Shown: in pieces, positions 36,290-47,899 of the stretch
How positions within the stretch are numbered: position 1 is the stretch's first letter
Layout: every line of letters begins with the position of its first letter
Assembly: GCF_902713615.1 (NCBI RefSeq)
Contig: NW_024056034.1
Coordinates: 1 to 64,000 of the forward strand
Direction of reading: 5' to 3'
Source of the DNA: Scyliorhinus canicula
Taxonomy: Eukaryota
DNA length: 64,000 bases
Translations under genes and position numbers: made by a program
The notes under the pieces: model-generated
Database searches by the model: none
The model's input: the letters and a program-made list of their open reading frames with translations, nothing else
Told to the model about the DNA's origin: nothing

Positions 36290-37200
36290 TTCATTCTTGT
36301 GATGTAGACGTCTCTGGCTAGGCCAGCATTTATTTCCCATTCCTCATTGCACTTGACAAGGTGGTGGTGAGCTTCCTTCATCAACCACTCAGTCCATCTG
36401 GTGTGTCGGGGGCAGTTACAGGATGTTGAACCAGCGAAATTAAAGGAATGGTGTTGAGTGACCTGGGGTAGAACTTCCAGTTGGTGTGTCTGCTGTCCTT
36501 GTCCACATTGTAATGTCATGGGTTTCGAAGGTATTGTCTAAGGAGTCTTCATGAGCTTCTGCAGCGGATCTTCAGATGGTAGACAAGCTTTGGGGAGTCA
36601 GGAGTTGAGTTTTACACCGCAGGATTCCTCACCTCTGATCAGTTCTTCTGGCCACAAATTGTATGTGGCTCATCCAGATCACTTTCAGGTCCATGTTAAT
36701 CCCTCGCATGTTGATGGTGGGGGATTTAATGATGAATGTCAAGAGGTGATCATAAGATCCATTCTTGCTGGGGTGACCATTTCCTTCAAGTGTGTGACGT
36801 GATTGTTACTGACCACTTGTTAGCCGAAGCCTGGACATAGCCCCCATCTTGTTTTATTTGCAGATAAACCTCTTCAGTATCTGCACAGTTAATAATGGTG
36901 CTGAACAAGCTGCAATCATCAGAGAACAACCCCACTTCTGACTTTATGATTTAAAGAAGGTCATTGGCGAATAAACTGAAAAGACAATGCTCTGAGGAAC
37001 ATTTGCAGTGATGTCCTGGAATTGAGATGATTGACCTCCAGCAGCGGAAACCATCTGCCTTGGTGCTGGTTATGACTCCAACCAGCAGAGATTGTTCTCC
37101 TGATTCCCATCGATTCATTTTTGTTTGGGTTGCTTGACGCCACACTCGTTCAAATGCTAACTTGATGCCAAAGTCAGTCATTTTCAACTGTGTGTCGAAG
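36290..37200 (-). mobile_element. CR1/L2-type LINE fragment
   Basis: Reverse homology to the 2490-3125 and 51.3-52.5 kb family. Confidence 0.6.
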
Positions 37201-38910
37201 AATGCGTGTGAGAGAGTGCGAGTGTGTGGCTGCATACGTATGTGCAAACATGCGTGTGAATGTGTGTCTTTCTGCGAGAGATCGATCAAGACAGTGTGTT
37301 TGAGAGAGTGCATGCGTGAGTGTGCAAGAGGGCATGTGTTTGAGAGAGCATGTGTTTGAGAGAGCATGTGTGTGAGAGACTGTGTGTGTGAGAGATCATG
37401 TGTGTGAGAGAGCATGTGTGGCAGAACACGTACGTGTGAGACAGTGTTTGTTTGATAGGGCGTATGTGTGAGAAAGCCTATGTGCAGAAGCATGCAAGGA
37501 TGTGTGTGAGAGAGCATGCATGTGAGCGAGCATGTGTAGTGGAGCACGTGTGTGTGAGAGAGTGTATGTGCGAGAGATTACATGTATGAGCGAGCATGTG
37601 TGGCACAGCATGTATGTGTGAGAGTGTGTGTGGTTGAGCACGTGTGTGTGAGAGAGTATGTGTGGTAGAGCATATATAAGTGAGAGAGAGAGTGTGTGTG
37701 AGGGAGCGTGTGTGTAAGAGAATAAGGATGTGAGAGAGCGTGTGTGCACGAGAGCATGTGTGTGAAAGAATGTGTTAGAAAGCCTGTATGCGAGAGAGCA
37801 TGAGTGAGAGAGAATATGTATGAGAGAGCATGTGTGCAAGAAGACATGTGTGTGTGAGAGACCATATGTATGAGAGAGAGCATGTGTATGAGAGAGCATC
37901 TGTGCGAGAGAGCATGAGGGCAAAAAAACACGTGTGTGTGAGAGACCATATGTATGAGAGAGCGTGTGCATCAGAGAGCATGTGTATGACAGAGCATGTG
38001 TGTGAGAGAGCATGTGTGTAAGAGAGTGTGTGTGAGAGAGGGTATGTGTGAAAGAGCATGTGTGCAAGACACAGTGTGTGCAAGTGAGCCTGTGTGTGTG
38101 AGAGCGTGAGTACGAGAGAGTGCATGTGTGAGAGTGTGAGTGTGAGAAAGCACATGTGAGAGGGAGCATGTGTGTGAGAGTGTGGGAGAGAGCGTGTGTG
38201 AGAGCTTGTGTGCGAGGGAGCATGTGTGCAAAAGAGCATGTGTGTGAGTGAACATGTGGGTGAGGGAGCATGTGTGCAAGAGAGCATCTATGTGAGAAAG
38301 CATGGTGTGCAAGAGACTGTGTATGAGAGCACGGGTGTGTGGGAGAGTGTGTGTGTGAGAGAGCGTGTATGAGAGAGCGTGTGTATGAGAGAGCGTGTGT
38401 ATGAGAGAGCGTGCGTATGAGGGAGCATGTGTGCAAGAGAGAATTTATGCGAGAGAGTGTGTGTAAGAGTTTGTGCATTTGAGTGAGATTGGTAATGTGT
38501 TTAAGAGAGAGTGTGTGTGAGGGACAGCCTGTGAGAGAGGGAGATTGCGTGTATGAAAGAGAATAATAATGTGCCTCTGTGTGTGTTTGTAAGAGAGTGT
38601 GAGACATATATGCTATTTTTGTGAGTGAGATTGTTTGTGTGATAGTGCATGTGAAACAGTGTGCAGGTGTGTTTGGGAGATTGCATGTGAGAAAGAATGT
38701 GAGAGTGTCTGAGAGTGAATGGATTTGAGAGAGAATGAGTGTTTGGAAGAGAAATAGAGAGGGAGATAATGCGCCTATTGTGAGAGAGAGTGGGTGACAG
38801 AGTGTTCGTGTGTCAGAGATAGTTGGAGAGAGAGAAAGATAGCGAGGGCATGGAAGAGAATGGGCGTGTGAGGCTGTGTGTGTGACTGTGAGCGAGTGTA
38901 TGTGTGAGAG
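37200..38910. repeat. (GA/GT/GCAT) low-complexity tract
   Basis: GAGAGAGCATGTGTGT-type degenerate microsatellite; source of the spurious 592-aa His/Thr ORF. Confidence 0.9.
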
Positions 38911-38914
38911 ATAG

Positions 38915-39760
38915 AGGGCGGGATTTTCCATAAACTGACATGGAAATTGGGAAATATGATTTGGCGGAAAATAGCTTCCCATACCAAAATCAGGAGAGGC
39001 CCAGATTTGACGCCAAATCCGATTCTCCAATATCTTGAAATTGGCGTCAATACGTTTCACTCCACACATACAGTGCGCACAATTTGCATAATCATTAGCG
39101 GGCCCAGCCCGTATCTCCAGGGTCATCACGGTTCTCCGCCTCCAATTAGCCGCGTTCCCGATGGCGTGGTTCATTTGCGCTTTGAAAAATCGTGAAATTG
39201 GCGTGGTGGTTGCTGAGGAAGGGAGAGGGTGTCCGGAAGGTGTCCAACATCGCCTTAGTTTGCAGACAATTGTGCCGCTGGCTAGGGAGCTTCAGCCAGG
39301 GCCGGTGGGGGGGGGGGGGGGGGGGGGGGAATAGGGAGAGTGACCAGGAGGTGGACTCTGGGGATGGCGGGTGTGGGGGGGGGGGGGGGGGGTGGACAAA
39401 CATGGTACACCATTGCCGCAGCCGGCAAGGCAGCCATGCAGCTGCGCACACCACCAACAGCCCTTTTGAAGCTAGTGCCCTCTGGCCCCAGCCGACTGGC
39501 TGTATGGGTGCGCTCCAGCACAACCAGTGCCATCTTGTTGGCTGGGATATGTGTGGCTGGGGACTGTAATGTGTATGTGTGGCTGCAGCTTGTCAGCCTC
39601 CAGAGTGTCGGACCCGCGTATCCTGCACCATTTTTCAGTGGAATTGAGTGTGTTCCATTCTCGCCCCTCAACGGTAGCGGAAGCAGTCCAGGTGTGGCGT
39701 CGGTTTTTCTGTTGTAAAAGTCCACGGATTCTAAGTTGGCGTCAGCACTTTTTGTAGTTT
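38915..39760. mobile_element. CpG-rich interspersed repeat, possibly a non-autonomous DNA transposon
   Basis: Starts at GGGCGGGATTTTCC with an abrupt compositional change; resembles shark MITE/Harbinger-like repeats from memory, but TIR and TSD were not confirmed. Confidence 0.35.
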
Positions 39761-40994
39761 AATGTCCGTAACATAGGTCAGTGATTGAAATAAATTTAAA
39801 AAACAGGAAACATTCACATCGAAAGACGATTACCTGACTTGATCTAATTTCTTAATTAAATATAATCAACAAAATGCTCCACCTGACATACCGCATCGAC
39901 ATGAGTAAAGAAATGCATTGTAATCTCAATTCATTTTCCATACAATTAAACATTCTCCATACACTTTGATATTGCGCGCCAGTGTGTCACTCTGTTGCAG
40001 GAGGTCATTTATGTTGAATCAGTTAGTACTAATATTGCATTGCAAGTTATTGTTAATGTTAATTAATTGCCTTGTTAGCTGATTTGTACTACAATATAAA
40101 TCATACCAAAATGTTTCTCGATAGTTCAAATCCTGCTCCTGCTTGAATCTTTATTAAATAATTTGGGTTTAATTAAATCTTTGGCAATGGTAAACAATAA
40201 AATTAAAATAACCGGATGGAAACCTTCAGACATGTACAATATACCATCTGTTTGATAAAACCGCACTCCCGAATTGATAAACTGTCATAACTCGAAACTA
40301 CATATATACACAGGTAAAGACCCTGGCAGTTTGAGATCAATAAAAGTGCTTCCTAGATTTAAAAAATCAGATAATCCCTGTAATTTAATTGTTAAAAATA
40401 TTGTTTGAAGAAAGGAGATCCAATTTAATCAGTGTGAAACAGAGTGAAAACACTTCATTCAGATCCAACACAACACGGCAACATAATGAGCAAATTAAGG
40501 AGAAATGTTCTTGCTGAATTTAATAATTCAGAAGAAATAAGGTTGAGGCTCAGATATAACCTATTCTCCTCATGTGTCATTTATTTTTCTGTAATTCTAC
40601 ACTGTACAGCACAGCAATGCAAGACAGGGTGTTATTGTTTTGTCGCAAAGCTAATATTCTCCTTTTGTAATTAAATTAATCTCTTTGAATTTCAAGCATT
40701 TACTTGTCAACCTCCAGCCCTGTGCAGTTTGAACGTTCCTACAATTCAAATTAAATCGTATGAACAATTTCTTCACTGTCAGCAACTTCCAGATCGCAGA
40801 AAACTGTTTATGATTAGATTATTGACAATTATCTCACTATCCAACTTCAAATGACATTGAAGGAATCATATTATTGCAGCTGCACAGAAAGAATATAATA
40901 ACCGGATACACAAATTGTCAAACTGCAATGTTAAACTCCTATTTAAGTAACTGCAAACGTAATCATGGAAATAAAAAATAATTCAAAATCTCTT

Positions 40995-41300
40995 GTGTAA
41001 TTGAACAGTGCTGTAGAATCAGTATATTATTATTAAAACAGTTTCAGACACAATCACTGAATATTTCCAGCCCAGAGACTTTTCCAGTGATGTCAATGGG
41101 CAGCAGAATTGTGGAAGGCGATTGATGACATTAATATGACAACATCTATGGATAATATTACCGCATTATAATTGTTCAAATTATATTAATTTTACTTTCC
41201 AATTTGAAAAATTGTTGAAGTGGGCTGGAAATATTCAGTGATTGTGTCTGAAACTGTTTTAATAATAATATACTAATTCTACAGCACTGTTCAGTTACAC
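40995..41300. repeat. 80-bp inverted repeat with a 146-bp spacer
   Basis: 40995-41074 is the reverse complement of 41221-41300 with 2 mismatches. Confidence 0.9.
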
Positions 41301-41439
41301 GATAGTTTAATCTGAAATCACCAGTTAACATTTTAAAAAAGCCCTAATATATCTGTAATTTGTTTCTTTATTTCCGAAACCTGCCTATTTGTTCACTCCA
41401 ATCGTGTTTCAAAGAGATTCAAACAGGTAGACCGTTTCC

Positions 41440-42850
41440 ATTGAACCAGAAAACCTGTAACCTCTCAGTGTCACCGAGTTTAAACAATGCAGAAACAATA
41501 CAGAAACGCCAAACCGCTTCACAAATTGTACCTATTCAAAGTCACGCAGCCAAATCTTCTCAGCAAGACAACAACAAAATTCATCACTGAGGGACTGAAA
41601 CCCATTTCCGAGAGAAGCAGATCAATTCTACACTTAACAGAATCAAGCTTAACATTTCAAAACCATCTCAGTATCAAATCCAGTAAACCAGCTCACCACC
41701 AAATGTATGAATTATCAAACTAAATAGAAATATACAATGACAGCAATGCCATTGTGAGGAGGGATAGGTCCAAAAAAAATATTGAAACTTTACCACATTT
41801 TATTCATATTTTCAACATAGTCCAAACATATTTAAACACTTAAATGTTTGCAGTAGATGATAAAAGCTGCAACCATCAATCCCACCGAGAGCAAACATTG
41901 CAGAAAATCCAGGCTGTTATTGCAGAAATAACTTACATTCGAAAGGGTGCCTTGAACCATGGCTACGTTTAATCTACAATCATGCCTGTTTTCTGCCTCC
42001 AATCATGTGTCAAGTAGTTCCAAACACGTATATTGTTTTCATTCAATTACAAAACATGTAACCAGTCGGTATCACCGAGTTTAAACAATGCAGAAACGCC
42101 AAACTGTTTCACACATTTACCTTATTCAATGTCACCCAGATACAATGTATCGAGCAGAAAAATACCACATCACATCACCAAGGGACTGAAACTTGCTTCA
42201 TGGAGAAGCAGCTCAATTCAAAAGACAATTTCAACAGAACCAAACATAACATTTCAAGCAAATCTCAATCTCGAAGCCACCAAATCCGCTTGTCATCAAA
42301 TGAATGAATAATTAAACAAAAATATAGAAGAATATCATCAGCAGTGTGAATAAGCGGAGCATGTTCAATAAATTAACACAGAAACTTTAGAATATTTTAT
42401 TAATATTGGGTTCAATTCCTAACACATGTGCAGGAGGTGGTAAAACTTGCAACCACCAAATGTCACCGAGATTTTTAAAAAGAATTAGTGCCCGATAATT
42501 TTTTTCCAATTAAGGGACAATTTAGCATGGCCAATTCACCTAACCTGAAAAGTCGCCGACATTAAACATTGCAGAAACGCCAAACTGTTTAACAGGTGTT
42601 CGATATTTAAAGTAACCCAACCACACAGTATCCTCAGGAAATAAACACCAAATCACAATAGCCAGGGACTAAATCCCTCATCAGCACCTTTGTGTCAAGA
42701 GGCAGAGTAATTCTCGAACCCTTTTCAGCAGAATCACGTGAAACATTACAACAAAATCTCAATACAGAATCCAGCAAACCCGCAATTCAGTGAACGAATG
42801 AATTGTTAAAATAGATCAAAATAGAAAACAACGACTGAAATAAAACAGCA
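41440..42850. repeat. Diverged tandem triplication immediately 3' of JH
   Basis: Three alignable ~300-bp blocks start near 41445, 42045 and 42550; the spacers 41760-41900 and 42360-42470 also align. Confidence 0.7.
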
Positions 42851-42873
42851 TGAAATAATTGCACGGTTCTTAC

Positions 42874-42921
42874 CTGCAGTCACCGTCACCATGGTGCCTT
42901 GTCCCCAGTTGTCGAAGTAGT
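42874..42921 (-). CDS. IGHJ: JH segment (YFDNWGQGTMVTVTA)
   Basis: WGXG motif, donor G|GTAAGA, single JH in the cluster. Confidence 0.95.
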
Positions 42922-42960
42922 CACAGTGTCACATTCCCTGGGCAGCTCCATACAATAACC
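42922..42960 (+). other. JH 23-RSS
   Basis: CACAGTG (42922-28), 23-nt spacer, ACAATAACC (42952-60). Confidence 0.9.
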
Positions 42961-43286
42961 GCACCTGCACAAAATAGACAGAAATCCACCATTGTTTTAA
43001 ATATTCACAAACCAACGGCAAAGTAAAGTCACAATTAATTTTCATTAATTTATAATTGTATTTGTGGATTTCGCTTGCTGCTCAGAAATGACCCTAATGT
43101 TTATATTTCAGAGTAACACATGGGCATGTTACTGAAAACGCGAACGGATTTCGTGAATAATTATCAGTGTTCCTAAATTATTTCTCGTTATTTGGGCAGT
43201 GATGAACATAAATAATACTTCATTGTGAATAAAGTTGGATTGTAAAAGCGAGCACTGAGCCAGCCTCAGTTAATTCGTGCTGAGGG

Positions 43287-43352
43287 GCTTTTTGTATTGA
43301 CAGTAACTGCTGTGCCCCAGTTATCACAGTGAGACACAGCGTGTCAAATACT
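43287..43352 (-). other. IGHD: DH2 segment (43315-43324, ATAACTGGGG) with 12-RSS on both sides
   Basis: J-side: GCTTTTTGT, 12 nt, TGCTGTG. V-side: CACAGTG, 12 nt, TCAAATACT (deviant nonamer). Confidence 0.9.
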
Positions 43353-43644
43353 GCGGCAGACTGTTAACTGTAAAATACAGAGATTTAATTTCACTGCTCT
43401 CCCAAAAAACTAACTGTCTCTTCCAAGAGCGAATCTATTTCAGCGTGTCCTGGTCATTACATTTATAAAGAGGATCGGAACACTTTTAAACCCTCTGTGC
43501 ACATTTAGCGTGTCGGTCAACAGAGATAAAGTGGAAGATTTTAATACCTTTTTGTAAACTAATATTGTGTTTTATTTAAGCCTCATTTAAGTTGGCAATC
43601 CTGCTGTGACGCTGATCACCAATTTGAACAAACTCTATCACTGA

Positions 43645-43722
43645 GGTTTTTGTATGAGGATGTCGCTGTGCACAGCACTGTGACCCACTGTAGTCACAGT
43701 GACAGACAACCGCACAAAAACT
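43645..43722 (-). other. IGHD: DH1 segment (43683-43694, ACTACAGTGGGT) with V-side 12-RSS and D2-side 22-RSS
   Basis: GGTTTTTGT, 22 nt, CACTGTG | D | CACAGTG, 12 nt, ACAAAAACT; classic shark 12-D1-22 layout. Confidence 0.95.
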
Positions 43723-44093
43723 GCACTCACTCTCTGTTCAGTCCTGCCGCTCAATATTCACTTCAAATACAAGTTTACTTCTGATCTAATTTACAATTTA
43801 GACAGCAGTTTATCAAACCCAATGTACAGAGACTTTCTCCAAGTATCAGAAATAATAAAACGCCGGTTATATCCAGGTCTGTCATTGCTGAAACTGTGAA
43901 CAGTAAATATAAACAGACAAAAGCTCATCCTATTAGATCGATTGGTTTGTTAGGTTTTATTGTTTAATTTTATCTGTGTTAGTTATGTAAGAAGCAGCTT
44001 GTGTTTTGACTCTGATCACTGACATTAATATTACATTTGAATCAAGTGCTGACCTTCAGGTTAAGCTGCAAGTTGCTGAATTCCATCTCGAGC

Positions 44094-44132
44094 TGTTCTT
44101 GTGCGGGTCCAGCCCTGGTTCCTCTCGCTGTG
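44094..44132 (-). other. VH 23-RSS
   Basis: CACAGCG, 23-nt spacer, ACAAGAACA directly after TGTGCAAGATAC. Confidence 0.9.
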
Positions 44133-44437
44133 GTATCTTGCACAGTAATAGATGGCGGTGTCTTCGGTCTTCAGGTTCGTCATGGCCAAAGAGAAGATGT
44201 TGTTTGAAGTGTCTTTGGACGGAGTAAATCGATTCTGAATTCCTGGGGCGTAGTAGTTGCTGGATGACCCATAATACTGAAGCAGCCACTCCAGCCCCTG
44301 TCCGGGAACCTGTCGGACCCACTGCATGTAAGCGGTGCTGAGATCGAAGCCGCTGGTTTTACAGGTCAGTGTCAGGGAGCCTCCGGGACGCCCGGTCTCT
44401 GCCTCTGGCTGAGTCAACACAACATCCGACTGGACAC
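44133..44437 (-). CDS. IGHV: VH exon, open and unrearranged
   Basis: (R)[100 protein letters not shown]; C23, W41 and C104 present; acceptor TTTTTACAG. Confidence 0.95.
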
Positions 44438-44566
44438 CTGTAAAAATATATCAAAAAGCCCGAGGATTAATGCTGGTGAAATGATTGGTGACTCTGGGAA
44501 CATTCCAGAGAGAGACTAACACTGAGACAGTAACAGTGAGAGACTTGGACAATAAAAACTACTCAC

Positions 44567-44612
44567 GGGATAAGAAAGTCAGCAACAAACTGAGAGAAAT
44601 GGCCCACCTCAT
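44567..44612 (-). CDS. IGHV: VH leader exon (MRWAISLSLLLTFLS, 46 nt)
   Basis: Hydrophobic signal peptide, donor C|GTGAGT, phase 1 matching the V exon. Confidence 0.9.
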
Positions 44613-44639
44613 CCTTCTGGTCATTTGGGGGAAATGGTT

Positions 44640-44800
44640 GTGTCAGGAACTCAGTGAACAAACCAGCTCCCGGACTGTTGGATTCGGGTCCCAGTGAGCG
44701 GCATTTAAATACCCGGCAGAAGGGGGCGGCTTTCCAGGCGCCGCCTGTTGATTCCCTGGTGGAGGCGGCGACTGGATCCACGTCCCACCTTCCACACCCC
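44640..44800 (-). promoter_or_regulatory. VH promoter region
   Basis: TATA-like TATTTAAAT (44703-44711) ~90 nt upstream of the ATG and a GC box near 44722; no ATGCAAAT octamer seen, consistent with octamer-less shark VH promoters. Confidence 0.55.
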
Positions 44801-47800
44801 CAACAGAATGGACCCATAGATTTATATAGATTATTATTTAAAACAAACATTAGATCGGTATCGGTATATTTGTTTGGAGAAATGGATTAATTGTAATGTC
44901 TCTCCTCACCCGAATGGAGAATTATATTTCAGCATCTCTAAGTAAAATCTAATTTCATTAAATATATTAAGTCTCATTATTTCTGCACTCCAATATAAAA
45001 GGATGAACATAAACAGATTAAATTACATTATCAGGGAATAAATCGTCTGTCTGTCTGATTTGCAACACTCTCGGTTTCTATCCCATTACAACAATAAAGT
45101 ATAATTTATCTGACGAAATGTAACTAAATGAGGGAATGAATGACGTGATTACATTTGCAGTGCGGATGGCTATCATTGTTCAATGTGGGCCTGTCGACAA
45201 GAAGAAACTCTAACATTGCACAATGTCTCTCTTTACATTTCTGGAACTACCTCTGAGCCTCAGACAGTCCTGTGAACATTAGCGGTAAAAGAAGCCGCTT
45301 GCCTGATAATTCAGCAATGAGTTGACAGCGAAACATAAAATTCACACCAGCTTTTGACAGAGAAGTTAATGAATCAGAACGGACGCGGCGATCAGCAAAG
45401 TTATCCTTCAGCATCCAAACCATTTCCGCTAATTTTATTGACCAGCGGCTGTCTAACATTCACTGGTGTTGGGAACACAGGATATCAGGACTTTGCGGCA
45501 TATTGCACAATATCACAGGAATAAATGTGTTATCTTCCACTGAAGCAGGTCATTAACTGGTCATTTCTCCACTCATTGGCAGCAATGAGAGGGACTGTTA
45601 AATAATGGAAATCCAGACAAATTAAACTGTACAGAACACGGTGCTAATCGGATATAAGAGAAGACTCCGTTTAAAGGAGATCAACAACTCGGAGAATATT
45701 CCAGGATTCCCCGCGAATTCAATGCAGTATTTTAAAACTTTTAATTCATTTTATTTTATTTTTTGTAATTGGAGTCATCTTATTGAACTTGTGGATTGGG
45801 TCCACCAACACCACTCACTCCCACTTCATTAGGTTTTTAACAAACGGACTTTAATAACTAGAGTGACCTTTACTCAGAACTAATATAAATTAAATAGCAT
45901 CTGGTCAGGTTACTATTTTCAGATTGTGTTTAATCTCATAGGGAACAAAACATTCAGTGAATATATTTATTTGCCTGGAACACCATTTAAAACGTTTACT
46001 TCATGTGCGACTGAAACATTTATTGTTTGAATGGATAAATCCCATTGTGTCCATTCATATTCAGGCTAATCTGCCCCACACAGTATTTGGCAGCAATCCA
46101 GCCGCCTGCAGTCAGGGAGGCTCGAATTCAATGTTGTTTACAGGAAGCATCTGGATTTGTTTTTCAGAGATCTGTTTGCTCAGTACTGACCGCTTGGCTG
46201 CAAGCCAACTTCAAACTCTTAACATTGTCAATGAGGACTATTTATAAACAAATCTACCCAGCAACAGCACTGGAGATCATTTTATGTTTTAAATTGTGAA
46301 CCTATTTGAACTGCTCCAATCTCTAAGGAACGGAGAGTTATCCAGCTTCTCTGTCCCCTCTTCGCAGCAATATCCCGCTGGAGGATCTATCCCACATCTA
46401 ATAACATTGTGATGATGGGTAGACATGCAAGCAGACTATCAGACAGAGTATCAGACAGAGGGTACATTTTGTAATAGATAAACATGTAGATTTATGTGTT
46501 TTTCCTTTTATTCTTCCGTGGAATTTGGGACTCACTGTCAAGACCACCGGTATCCCCTATCCCTAATTGCTCTTGAGCTGGGCCAGCTCAGAAGTCAGAC
46601 ATGTTGCCATCCGATTGGAGCCAAATGTAGGTGAGACCAGGGAAGGATGTCAGATTTATTTCATTGGCCAAGCAGAGGGGAGTTCGTGGTGACCAGTAGT
46701 ATGTTTTTTCGATTTATTAATTGAACTCAAATCCCCCCACAGACTACGGGAGGATGTGTACCCAAATCCCCACAGAATTAGCCCAGGCCTTTGGATTATT
46801 GGTTCAATGACATTAATACACCCCCACTATTCACCCAAAAGATAATGGGTTACTGCTTTGATGTAGTGATGGATGTTGGTTTGATGCGTGAATATTTTGA
46901 TTGTGGAATTAGTGAATGGGATTGATGGATGGATGGCTAGATGGTCCTGAAGGGTACTGTTCTACATTCTCAATTCTGCACTTGATGGTTTCACAAATTA
47001 AAGCAGGTCCGTTATAATATGTGTCAGTCTAATACATTCGGTGGCTGAAGCTGTTCTGGGTGAATTCCATCCCCTGACTATCGGGAACTGACGAAATGGA
47101 CGTCACTGAGAGGAAACTGGAGATATTCCTACGGTTCTGGTGATTCTTCTCTGCTGATGGTGAATCTTCATCTCAAACACAGAAAGTGGGAACATGATTA
47201 CATTGAGAAGGGACAGCTGTATTTTTTGGGACATGTCATTTCATGTGCAATAAGTCATTCAAGATATCCTCGCCCAAATCAATGGAGACACCAGACCTGG
47301 AACAGAAATCCTGTGAAACTCTGTGGACAGCTGCAGACGTTGAATTACTTTCCAAAACAGTGTAATAACAAATTGGGAAGTAAAGATTCATTAACGTTAC
47401 ATTAGGTACAGGTATTTTCATTTCTACCGACGCTTTAAAAATCATTTCATATCCCAGTCTGCAGATTCTGTGTGACGATGAGGTGATTACTGACCAATAC
47501 AGCGCAGAGGCTGCTGGGTAGCTGCACATAATCCTCGGTCTGATTTAATTCCATTTCACATTGAATTCCGGTGCAGATGTGACTTCTTGGTGGCAGAATG
47601 GTCAATGCTAACTCAACTAAATTTAATCTCAACAAATTATGTTAAACATACCAATATAGAAATTAGGAGGGGAAATAGGCAATTAAGCCCTTCGAGCCTA
47701 CTCCGTCATTCAATCATCATGGCTGATCTCTTCCTGGTCTCAAATCCACCTCCCTTAAATTAATTGCATTTGCATTTTGTGAAGGAAAGTGCGGATCATA

Positions 47801-47899
47801 ATTGGTGAATGTAACTTTTTATGTTGTGAGTTGATGTTAATTGATTGATATCATTATTTAATTTTGTGCATTGTGAAAATTGGTAATATTCGCCACGGA

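Noticed and set aside
36951-39174. 592-aa and other His/Thr/Ser/Leu ORFs
   Set aside because: Translation of CA/GA microsatellite-like DNA.
24590-39393. Long poly-G and poly-C runs (24590, 29665, 31556, 39305, 39375)
   Set aside because: All lie inside repeats; homopolymer length is error-prone and gives no independent evidence of function.
41440-42560. Possible additional pseudo-JH segments in the triplicated flank
   Set aside because: No WGXG-coding sequence or heptamer/nonamer pair found between the blocks.
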